Positions 24,121 to 32,000 of a stretch of DNA of 32,000 nucleotides are shown here, one piece after another; positions within the stretch are counted from its first letter, which is position 1, and the number at the start of each line of letters is the position of its first letter. Source of the stretch: Kiritimatiella glycovorans (GTDB taxonomy: Bacteria > Verrucomicrobiota > Kiritimatiellia > Kiritimatiellales > Kiritimatiellaceae); NCBI RefSeq assembly GCF_001017655.1, contig NZ_CP010904.1:120001-152000 (forward strand), read 5' to 3'. A model generated the notes under the pieces. That model did no database searches, was not told where the DNA came from, and saw only the letters and a program-made list of their open reading frames with translations. Both the position numbers and the translations under genes were made by a program.

Positions 24121-27100
24121 CTAAAAGTCAATATCGAAGAGATAGAATACCCCCTGGTCACTACCGTCTGCGCCTGCGCCCTGCATTACGCCAAACCGGC
24201 TTCCAGGATGCGCCACCAGAAAAGCCGGTATTGCTGCCCACGCACGGAAGAGAGGGGGACGTTCAGAGAAATCAGGTCCTGGACTGCGCAAAGGAGCAAC
24301 GAAGGATCGTAGTATCAATCTGGCGTCGGCCCTCCTCACATTTTGAGGGCTTTTAGCTCCGGCAAGCTCCCTGTCATGCATCAGATACGTAACATCGAGC
24401 CAGTTCCTGACCGGCGCGCCCTGTGGATAGCCAATGGCATCAGGCCCAATGTTCTCGGGGCGCATTCCGCTTTGGCCGGCACGCCGGTAGTAGCCGACCA
24501 TATTGGCGCCCCCATAGGGACCATACCAAATACGACTGGGGATGAAGTATTCCCACCATCTTGGCGTATCTTGTCCTGAATCGCACAGCCCGAACGGGTC
24601 AGTACCATTCACCGGATCATTCCCGCAGAACACATACTGGTTCAACCCGCCGTTGATCCCGATGGGATCTTTACTGAGGAATCTCCCTGTGACGGGGTCA
24701 TACCACCGCGCGCGGAATTGATAGAGGCCGTAGCCGCCGGTGGTTTCGTGCAGAGCCCAGTCGTACTCGCGCCCCTGCCAGAGGTAGCGGTTCGCGAGCG
24801 CGGAGCGGGTCAGCTCCTCGCCGTCGGCCTGGCGCACGGCCTCGACCCGCCCCCAGGCGTTGTACTCGTACGACTCGGCCACCGCGCCGGTCTCGTCGAG
24901 CAGCGCGTGGACGGTGCCCTGCGGGTCGGTGAGCGCGTAGTACGTGTTTGTCGCCCCGGACTCGTAGTCGGTGAACGAGAGCAGCCGGTCGATTTCCGGG
25001 GCCCATACATACGTGCGGCGCAGCGTCCCGCTCTCGTCGATCTCGGCGACGACCTGTTCGCCGTCGTAGATGTAATGAACCGTGTTGGTCGCCCCGGAAG
25101 TTCTCACCTCGCGGCGGGTCCGGCGCCCGTCGAGATCGTACTCGTGTTCGATCTCCAGCCCGCCGAGCGTGACGGAGGTGAGCCGGTAGCGGCCGTCCCA
25201 CCGAAGTTCCGCATCCCAATCGGCCGCGTGGCCGCGGCAGGTGATGTTCGTCACGCAGCCCGCGGCGTCGTACCCGTACTGCGCGTTGGTCACCACCCCC
25301 AGCACCAGCGTATGGGTCGCGTAGCCCATGTTCCCCGCCGCGTCGCGGATCGCCGCCGTGACCTCCTGCGTCGACCAGCCCACCACGAAGTCCTCGGCGC
25401 GAAATACCGCCCCGCTGACCTCCGGTGTGACGCACGAGACGGCGTTGCTGATCTGAAGATACCCGAACGCGCCGTTCGTACCGATCGGTTCGGAGGAACT
25501 CCCGAGCACGTCGAACGTGCGCAGCGAGGCGAAGTCATTGGAAGACGTCGCCGTCCACGCCGCGAGCCGATTGCCCGCGCCGCGGGTATAGTCCACGGTC
25601 CAGTCCCCGCCGCGCTTCGAGGTGCGGTTCCCGGCGGCGTCGTAGCGGTAGGTCATGGTGTTTTCGCCGCGCGTCCCGGTCCGGAGCCGCTCGAGCGCGT
25701 CGTAGGCATACGACGCGCGGTTCGTCGTCGCCGCAGTCCGGATGACGCGCGAGGTGATCATGCCTGCGGCATCATAGCCGTACTTGATCTCGAGCGCAAC
25801 GGTGCTCCCGGCGTGCCAGAGCAGATTTGTCACGCGATCCATCACGTCGCAGTGCCGACTCATCCAGACGCCCGCGTTCGTCGCGCTGATCGACGCGAGT
25901 CGGCCGTGGGTCGGGTCGTAGGCCAGCGTCCAGTCCGATCCCGGTCCGGAGAGCGCGTCCACCCGCTCCGCCGCGTCAATGCCCCAGGAGTAGAGGAGGT
26001 TCGTTCCCGCGCAGCTCACCTGCGCGTTCGTCCGGTTTCCCGCAGGATCGTACCCGTACGCGAGACTCCAGTCCTCGCCCGGCCGGTCGACCTCGCGTCC
26101 GATGAGCCGCCCCGCGCCGTCGTAGCGGTTCGACACCGAGCCCGTCGCATCGCCGGCCGTGCGCAGGAGGCCGTTCGAGGCATAGGTGTAGATATTCGTC
26201 GCGTCCGGGTAGCGCGCCTCCGAACGCCGCCCGTCCCGGTCATAATCGTAGCCGACCTCCGTACCGTCGAAACGGGTGATCGCCAGGACGTAGTCGCCCA
26301 CCCCGTTTGAGACGCTCATCTGCTGGCCTTCCAGGTTGGTGACCTCTTCCACGCGTCCCTGCAGATCGAGCCGGTAGGTCTCCACCGCCCGGTCCAGCCG
26401 GTCGGTGATCGAGAGCGTATGAAAGAGCGGGTCATAGGCGTAGCGGATGGTGAGATTCGTCCCGTTGCACACCCGGCCGATCTCGCGAACCTTCCCGGTC
26501 GGGTACCAGCGGGTCGTCGTCACCCGCCCCGCGCGGTCCACATGATTCGTCACCCGTCCGTGCGCGTCGCGGGCGAACTGCTCGCCGGTCCCGTCGGGAT
26601 AGCGCACCTCCAGCACGCGGCCGAGCGCATCCACCCGGTTGCTCGCCAGACACACGCCGCCGCGTTCGGTGCGCACGAGATGGCCCAGCTCGTTATAGGC
26701 GAAGCTCAGCGCCGGTCCCGCCTGCGGCACCGACGAGGTGCGAAAGCCGCTCGCGTCGTAGTAATGCCGCGTCCAGTGCCCGTTGGCGTTGGTCACCGCC
26801 GCCAGCAGACCGTGGGTGGTGTACGCCAGGCGCGTCTCTGTGGTTCGGTTGGTGGCGGGGAACGTACGGATCGCCGCGACCAGGCCGTTCGTGTAATCGA
26901 ACTCCGTGCGCAGGCCCGAGGCATCGGTGAGGACCTGCAGGAGGTTATGGGTATCGTACGTCATCGACTCGAAACAGCGCGGGTCTGTGCCGTAGCCGGT
27001 TCCGCGCAGGGTGCGGTTGTTCCGCGCGTCGTACTGCGACCAGGTGCGGATGAAGAGGTTGGTGTCCGCCGCGTACCGGGTCTCGTTGGTCGTGTTGCCC

Positions 27101-28680
27101 GCGAGGTCGTGATCAAAGCGGACCGAGGGTCCTCCCTCCGCCGGGTCGGCAAAGGGCCCGTGCTGTTCGATGATCTGCCCGAAGAACGGCTCGTAGTAAT
27201 ACAGATTGGTGACGGTCACGTCGCCCAGGTTGTAGGCGATCGCCGTGACCGGATCCTCCGGTCGCGCGCCCGCCTCGTAGTCGACCTGGTGGGCGTACCA
27301 CTGATCGTTGATCGAGAGGGACGTACCTCTGGCCGGCGGAAGGTTGGTGGTATAGCCGTAGCGATAGACATGGCCGAGTCCGTCCACGCGCTGCGTGATC
27401 ACACCCGCGCCGTCCGCCGCGCAGTCGTAGGTTCGTGTCAGGGCCGCGCCCTCCCCGGTGCGTTCGCTGCGACGGAGCTGCCCTGAGGCGGTGTATTCGC
27501 AGGAGACCGCGAGATTCGTCGAAAGCGTCGCGCTGCGCAACAGGCCGTTCGAATAACTCAGATTCAGGCTCTTCCCCGCCGGATGGCTCACCTCGATCAG
27601 CCGCTCCCCCGCGGGCAGATTCGTATAGCTCAGATCGATCTGCGGGCCCGAGAGCCGCCGGATATGGTCCAGTCGCCCTTCCCCGTTAAAGGCGTACTCC
27701 AGGTCCGGGGGGACGCTGAGCGTATAGCCGTTCGTTGCGTTGCCGCAGAGTGTCCAGTTCAGTCCTTTCGCGGGTTCGAATCCGCCGCTGCCGTCGGGGT
27801 GAAACGTATGGATTTTGCCCGTGCCGGTGCGAACCCGCATCACCTCCGCGGTCACACTGCCGTGCACGGTCTGAGCCCTATCCGCCGACCAGTCGTAGCG
27901 GTGCGTCCAGCACCGGCCCAGCGCGCCCGTCTCCGCGAGCGTGCTATGGTAGTGCCGGGTGAATTCCAGCGGCAGGCCGGGCAGCGGCGCGGAGAGGTCC
28001 CGTTCCTTAAAGAACAGATCGCCCGTGGTGCCGCTGATCGGCTCCTCCGAAAAGCCCTTCGGATCGCCCAGCGTAATCTCCGGCTCCGCCGGCGGCGGGA
28101 GGTCGAACGTGCCGTCGCCGGAGAGCTGCAGGGTAATCTCGTATTCGCAGTGCTTCGGCCCCTTATGGGGTGGGCAGGGCAGCGGATTACGTTCCGTCAC
28201 CGTGAGGTAACCGCTGGTCCGGCCGGTGTACCCCGGGATGCCGGTCGTCGGATTCCCGCCGTCCCAGTCCGGCAGGGAGGGAACTCCGCGGTGCACGTTG
28301 TTATCCGGAAGCTCCCAGCGATGATTGTTACCCCGGTTGTTCGATGCGGTGTGCGTGTAGCGGTAGCCGTCTTCGACCCCCTCTACAAGCTCCCCGCCGC
28401 GTGCGTTGTTCCCGTGATTCGGCAGCCAAAGATCCAGGCGGTTGGTGGGACAGTGGTGGAAGTCCACCGTGAAATGGAGGGTAACCGTATCCGAGCCGAG
28501 GTAATGACAGAGACTGCTGTCGCGGTACCCGTAAATATTCCGGTTTCCGTAATACGGCGCGTCACGATAGGGGTCCGTATAGTTTCTTGCCGGGGCCGAT
28601 TCCGGGCACGGCGTATTGAGAAGCGCGCATTCCACCATCAGGGCCACGGGTTTCACCGGAACGTATTTTCGCTTCATCAT
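24121..28680 (-). CDS. RHS/YD-repeat polymorphic toxin (1519 aa)
   Basis: Dozens of YD-type repeats (e.g. YRYDAAGNRTS, YGYDPAGNRT, YDYDRDGRRSE). RHS core end: RARWYDPVTGRFLSKDPIGINGGLNQYVFCGNDPVNGTDPFGL. RBS GGGGAGTAAGGA before ATGATG at 28680. Confidence 0.95.
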   Translation of the reverse strand: MMKRKYVPVKPVALMVECALLNTPCPESAPARNYTDPYRDAPYYGNRNIYGYRDSSLCHYLGSDTVTLHFTVDFHHCPTNRLDLWLPNHGNNARGGELVEGVEDGYRYTHTASNNRGNNHRWELPDNNVHRGVPSLPDWDGGNPTTGIPGYTGRTSGYLTVTERNPLPCPPHKGPKHCEYEITLQLSGDGTFDLPPPAEPEITLGDPKGFSEEPISGTTGDLFFKERDLSAPLPGLPLEFTRHYHSTLAETGALGRCWTHRYDWSADRAQTVHGSVTAEVMRVRTGTGKIHTFHPDGSGGFEPAKGLNWTLCGNATNGYTLSVPPDLEYAFNGEGRLDHIRRLSGPQIDLSYTNLPAGERLIEVSHPAGKSLNLSYSNGLLRSATLSTNLAVSCEYTASGQLRRSERTGEGAALTRTYDCAADGAGVITQRVDGLGHVYRYGYTTNLPPARGTSLSINDQWYAHQVDYEAGARPEDPVTAIAYNLGDVTVTNLYYYEPFFGQIIEQHGPFADPAEGGPSVRFDHDLAGNTTNETRYAADTNLFIRTWSQYDARNNRTLRGTGYGTDPRCFESMTYDTHNLLQVLTDASGLRTEFDYTNGLVAAIRTFPATNRTTETRLAYTTHGLLAAVTNANGHWTRHYYDASGFRTSSVPQAGPALSFAYNELGHLVRTERGGVCLASNRVDALGRVLEVRYPDGTGEQFARDAHGRVTNHVDRAGRVTTTRWYPTGKVREIGRVCNGTNLTIRYAYDPLFHTLSITDRLDRAVETYRLDLQGRVEEVTNLEGQQMSVSNGVGDYVLAITRFDGTEVGYDYDRDGRRSEARYPDATNIYTYASNGLLRTAGDATGSVSNRYDGAGRLIGREVDRPGEDWSLAYGYDPAGNRTNAQVSCAGTNLLYSWGIDAAERVDALSGPGSDWTLAYDPTHGRLASISATNAGVWMSRHCDVMDRVTNLLWHAGSTVALEIKYGYDAAGMITSRVIRTAATTNRASYAYDALERLRTGTRGENTMTYRYDAAGNRTSKRGGDWTVDYTRGAGNRLAAWTATSSNDFASLRTFDVLGSSSEPIGTNGAFGYLQISNAVSCVTPEVSGAVFRAEDFVVGWSTQEVTAAIRDAAGNMGYATHTLVLGVVTNAQYGYDAAGCVTNITCRGHAADWDAELRWDGRYRLTSVTLGGLEIEHEYDLDGRRTRREVRTSGATNTVHYIYDGEQVVAEIDESGTLRRTYVWAPEIDRLLSFTDYESGATNTYYALTDPQGTVHALLDETGAVAESYEYNAWGRVEAVRQADGEELTRSALANRYLWQGREYDWALHETTGGYGLYQFRARWYDPVTGRFLSKDPIGINGGLNQYVFCGNDPVNGTDPFGLCDSGQDTPRWWEYFIPSRIWYGPYGGANMVGYYRRAGQSGMRPENIGPDAIGYPQGAPVRNWLDVTYLMHDRELAGAKSPQNVRRADARLILRSFVAPLRSPGPDFSERPPLFRAWAAIPAFLVAHPGSRFGVMQGAGADGSDQGVFYLFDIDF
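24124..24585 (-). other. C-terminal toxin tip (154 aa after the DPFGL cleavage motif), family unassigned
   Basis: CDSGQDTPRWWEYFIPSRIWYGPYGGANMV...APVRNWLDVTYLMHDRELAG...FYLFDIDF. The DNA is visibly AT-richer than the RHS core. Confidence 0.6.
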
Positions 28681-28695
28681 AATCCTTACTCCCCT

Positions 28696-29214
28696 TCATG
28701 GTTGGCGGATATAGACGGCGTTGTCTGCCGGGGCATGAATCGTAACAAGCGGGGAGACGGCGTCCGCATTACAGGGGTCCGTCCGCCGCCCGTAGAGTTC
28801 CTCGCCGTCGTCGAGCCCGTCTCCGTCCGTATCCGTCCGGGAAGCCGCCGTCCCGTAAAGATAAACCTCCCGGCCGTCGGGAACGAGGTCGGCATCCGCA
28901 TCGGCATCCCATAACGCCGCCGCGTAGAATACGGCTTCGCCGGGGTCGGCGAAGTGGACGCGGGCGATGCGCGCCGTACCCCCCAGCGGCAGCCTTTCGC
29001 CGTCCAGGCACCAGCTCTGGAGATCCCGGCTCACAAAGAGGTCGCAGGGTTCGAGGTCCGGCGCCGGGGAACGCAGAACCGTCCGGACGCTGCCGTCCGC
29101 GCGTGGATAAACCTCGATCGCGAGCTTCGTGACCGCTTCGCAGCCGGCTCCCTGCGCGACGCCCCCCACGAGCCACGGACCGGCGACGGCAGCGAAAAGT
29201 GAAAGGGGTTTCAT
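28696..29214 (-). CDS. Secreted protein with a thrombospondin-type-3-like Ca-binding repeat; first gene of the RHS operon
   Basis: ATG at 29214 after GGGAGG. MKPLSLFAAVAGPWLVGGVAQGAGC signal, TDTDGDGLDDGEELYGRRTDPCNADA. The stop lies 15 nt before the RHS start. Confidence 0.7.
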   Translation of the reverse strand: MKPLSLFAAVAGPWLVGGVAQGAGCEAVTKLAIEVYPRADGSVRTVLRSPAPDLEPCDLFVSRDLQSWCLDGERLPLGGTARIARVHFADPGEAVFYAAALWDADADADLVPDGREVYLYGTAASRTDTDGDGLDDGEELYGRRTDPCNADAVSPLVTIHAPADNAVYIRQP

Positions 29215-29313
29215 AACATCTACCTCCCGGCGGGTGTGAGTGAAGAGCGCCCTTTATGGGATATGTACGTTACCGTTATATTCGATACAGGCTAGAACTA
29301 TATTCAATTATTC

Positions 29314-29328
29314 CGTGCACTATGTGCA
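29314..29328. promoter_or_regulatory. GTGCAC-TAT-GTGCAC palindromic site in the AT-rich divergent intergenic region
   Basis: Read directly. It lies between the divergent RHS operon (starts at 29214, minus strand) and xfp (starts at 29571, plus strand). Confidence 0.25.
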
Positions 29329-29570
29329 CAGACTATCTATGCCATCCTGTGTACCTATTCTCGTACTATCGCCTGCATAATATTGGGATCTGCAGGATTT
29401 ATATCGGGTGACCCATCTCATGGATCAGGAGGCCAGGTAAGCGAAAAGGGGCAAGAGTGAACGTGATTCGTGCGCGTCGTTTGAAAAACGGATCTCGAAG
29501 CGGTAGACTGCCGACAGATCGCCGGGTCGATGTCCGGCGCCGGTGCGCCAGAGTAAGAGGGGGTGCGGTG

Positions 29571-31934
29571 ATGCATGCAGACGCGACCATTAGCGACGAA
29601 GAACTCCGGCGGATTGACGCGTGGTGGCGCGCCGCCAACTATCTTTCGGTGGGCCAGATCTATCTCTTCGCCAATCCGCTGCTGCGTGAAAAGCTCCGGA
29701 AGGAGCACGTCAAGCCGCGGCTGCTCGGTCACTGGGGCACCACGCCCGGGCTGAATTTCATCTATGCCCATCTCAACCGCGCGATCCTCGCGCGGGACCT
29801 TAACATGATCATGATCTGCGGCCCGGGGCACGGCGGTCCGGCCATGGTGGCCAATACCTATCTTGAGGGGACGTACAGCGAGCTGTACCCGGAGGTCACG
29901 CGGGACGCCGAGGGCATGCAGATGCTCTTCAAGCAGTTTTCTTTCCCCGGCGGCGTACCGAGCCACGTGGCGCCCGAGACACCCGGCTCGATTCACGAGG
30001 GCGGCGAACTTGGCTACTCTCTCGCCCACGCCTTCGGTGCTGTCTTCGACAATCCGGACCTCATCGCCGCGTGCGTGATCGGCGACGGCGAGGCCGAGAC
30101 CGGGCCTCTGGCCGCGGGATGGCACGGAAACAAGTTTCTGAATCCCGGGCGCGACGGCACGGTGCTTCCCATCCTGCACCTCAACGGATACAAGATCGCC
30201 AACCCCTCGTTCCTGGCGCGGATGCCGGAGGACGAACTCTACCGCCTCATGGAGGGCTATGGATACCGGCCCTTCACGGTGGTCGGAGACGACCCGGCGG
30301 AGGCACACCGTGCGATGGCCGGGGCGCTCGAAGAGATTTTCGAGTCGATCGCCGCCATCCGCGGCGAGGCCGCCGGGCGCGACGACGGTTATCGCCCGCG
30401 GTGGCCGATGCTCATCCTGCGCACGCCCAAGGGCTGGACGGGTCCGGAGCAGGTCGACGGCAGGCAGGTGGAGGGGACATGGCGATCGCACCAGGTGCCG
30501 TTGACCCGTCCCCGCACCGACCCCGAGCAGACGCTTCAGCTCGAGCGGTGGATGAAGAGCTATCGCCCGGAAGAGTTGTTCGACGACGAAGGAACGCTTC
30601 GCCCCGAAGTCGGCGCGCTCTCGCCCGCCGGTCCGCGGCGGATGGGGGCCAATCCCCACGCCAACGGCGGCGTTCTGCTGCGGTCGCTGTGCATGCCCGA
30701 TTTCCGCGACTACGCCGTAAAGGTCGAGTCGCCCGGGACCGAATGCGCCGAGGCCACGCGCATCCTCGGGTGTTTCCTGCGCGACGTGATCCGGCGCAAT
30801 CCGGACAACTTCCGCGTCTTCGGCCCGGACGAGACCGAATCGAACCGGCTGGGCGCTCTTTTCGAGGCCACCGGCCGCACCTGGAACTGCGAAAGGATGG
30901 AAACCGACGAAACGCTCTCGCCCGAAGGCCGCGTGATGGAGGTGCTGAGCGAACACACCTGTCAGGGGTGGCTCGAGGGTTATCTGCTCACGGGCCGTCA
31001 CGGCTTTTTCGCCTGCTACGAAGCATTCATCCACATCATCGACTCCATGTTCAATCAGCATGCGAAATGGCTGAAGGTCACGCGTGATGAAATACCCTGG
31101 CGCCAGTCGATCGCCTCGTTCAACTACCTGCTGACCTCGCACGTCTGGCGTCAGGACCACAATGGGTTCTCGCACCAGGACCCCGGCTTCATCGACCATG
31201 TGGTCAACAAGAAGGCGGATATCATCCGCGTCTACCTGCCGCCGGACGCCAACACGCTGCTCTCCGTGGCCGACCACTGTCTGCGCAGCCGCGATTACAT
31301 CAATGTAATCGTCGCCGGCAAGCAGCCCGAACCGCAGTACCTGGACATGGAGTCGGCGATCAAGCACTGCACCGCGGGCCTCGGCATCTGGGAGTGGGCC
31401 AGCAACGACCGCGGCGGCGAACCCGACGTGGTCATGGCCTGCGCGGGCGACGTCCCCACACTGGAGACCCTGGCCGCCGTGGACATCCTCAGGCGACGCT
31501 TCCCCGAACTCAGGGTGCGGGTGGTGAACGTGGTCGATCTCATGACCCTGCAGCCCGAGTCGGAACACCCGCACGGACTGCCGGACAAGGACTTCGATGC
31601 GATGTTCACGACGGACAAGCCGATCATCTTCGCCTACCACGGATACCCTTGGCTGATCCACCGGCTCACGTACCGCCGCACGAACCATCGCAATCTTCAC
31701 GTTCGGGGATACAAGGAGGAAGGCACGACCACCACACCGTTCGACATGGTGGTGCGCAACGATCTGGACCGTTTTCATCTGGTCGGCGACGTGATCGATC
31801 GCGTGGAGAAACTCGGCTACGCGGCGGCGTATACCAAGCAGATGCTGCGGGACAGGCTTATCGAACACCGCGAGTACGTACAGCGTTACGGAGAGGACGT
31901 GCCCGAAATCCGGGACTGGGTGTGGCCCGGCTGA
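29571..31934 (+). CDS. xfp: Xylulose-5-phosphate/fructose-6-phosphate phosphoketolase
   Basis: ATG at 29571. [64 protein letters not shown]. 787 aa. Confidence 0.95.
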   Translation: MHADATISDEELRRIDAWWRAANYLSVGQIYLFANPLLREKLRKEHVKPRLLGHWGTTPGLNFIYAHLNRAILARDLNMIMICGPGHGGPAMVANTYLEGTYSELYPEVTRDAEGMQMLFKQFSFPGGVPSHVAPETPGSIHEGGELGYSLAHAFGAVFDNPDLIAACVIGDGEAETGPLAAGWHGNKFLNPGRDGTVLPILHLNGYKIANPSFLARMPEDELYRLMEGYGYRPFTVVGDDPAEAHRAMAGALEEIFESIAAIRGEAAGRDDGYRPRWPMLILRTPKGWTGPEQVDGRQVEGTWRSHQVPLTRPRTDPEQTLQLERWMKSYRPEELFDDEGTLRPEVGALSPAGPRRMGANPHANGGVLLRSLCMPDFRDYAVKVESPGTECAEATRILGCFLRDVIRRNPDNFRVFGPDETESNRLGALFEATGRTWNCERMETDETLSPEGRVMEVLSEHTCQGWLEGYLLTGRHGFFACYEAFIHIIDSMFNQHAKWLKVTRDEIPWRQSIASFNYLLTSHVWRQDHNGFSHQDPGFIDHVVNKKADIIRVYLPPDANTLLSVADHCLRSRDYINVIVAGKQPEPQYLDMESAIKHCTAGLGIWEWASNDRGGEPDVVMACAGDVPTLETLAAVDILRRRFPELRVRVVNVVDLMTLQPESEHPHGLPDKDFDAMFTTDKPIIFAYHGYPWLIHRLTYRRTNHRNLHVRGYKEEGTTTTPFDMVVRNDLDRFHLVGDVIDRVEKLGYAAAYTKQMLRDRLIEHREYVQRYGEDVPEIRDWVWPG

Positions 31935-32000
31935 GGGGCCGTGCTCCGGATCACGGTGGGCGCGGACGATTCCCGGCCCTGCCGCCTGTTTGACGACCCG

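Noticed and set aside
24718-28914. Plus-strand ORFs of 530, 355 and 443 aa
   Set aside because: They are antisense to the RHS gene, whose YD repeats and core motif are unambiguous.
29418-31868. 816-aa minus-strand ORF
   Set aside because: It is antisense to phosphoketolase, which has canonical TPP-enzyme motifs.

Overview
High-GC bacterial chromosomal window. Many sulfatases, sigma-54 regulation, phosphoketolase and Fe-S proteins suggest an anaerobic, sulfated-glycan-degrading PVC-type organism; this is inference only. Most long ORFs in the supplied track are antisense GC artefacts, and I called genes from recognisable protein motifs, RBS/start context and operon logic.

Layout:
- (1) 1-4471, minus strand: a conserved but functionally unassigned Fe-S gene cluster. 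It runs NifX-like, PAS/sigma-54 activator, a near-consensus sigma-54 promoter, NifX-like, two DUF5320-like RG-rich proteins, and a fused double MinD-ferredoxin ATPase. The ATPase is missing from the ORF track because it runs off the window edge.
- (2) 4600-5827: a SAM methyltransferase plus a mini ABC-like ATPase.
- (3) 5874-10149: a three-gene metabolic cassette (small membrane protein, acyl-CoA synthetase, ATP-PFK) bracketed by about 400-bp highly structured inverted repeats.
- (4) 10382-13826: a Tat-exported aldo/keto reductase-ferredoxin fusion, a secreted unknown protein and an MFS sugar porter.
- (5) 14110-15649: a long imperfect hairpin, tRNA-Pro(UGG), and an IS30-family element flanked by a 15-bp direct repeat.
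- (6) 15745-21782: three formylglycine-type sulfatases plus a URO-D-family protein, with a dense array of about 15-bp CGTG-core motifs in one intergenic region.
- (7) 21790-29214: an AT-richer accessory islet, the most interesting part of the window. It holds a truncated REP-associated tyrosine transposase flanked by inverted REP-like motifs and three tandem paralogous lipoprotein genes. Two of those are frameshifted at homopolymers, and each is followed by the same REP-like element. Upstream lie a 1519-aa RHS/YD-repeat polymorphic toxin and a co-operonic secreted Ca-binding-repeat protein. The 154-aa C-terminal tip of the RHS protein follows the DPxGL cleavage motif and coincides with a compositional break.
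- (8) 29571-31934: phosphoketolase.
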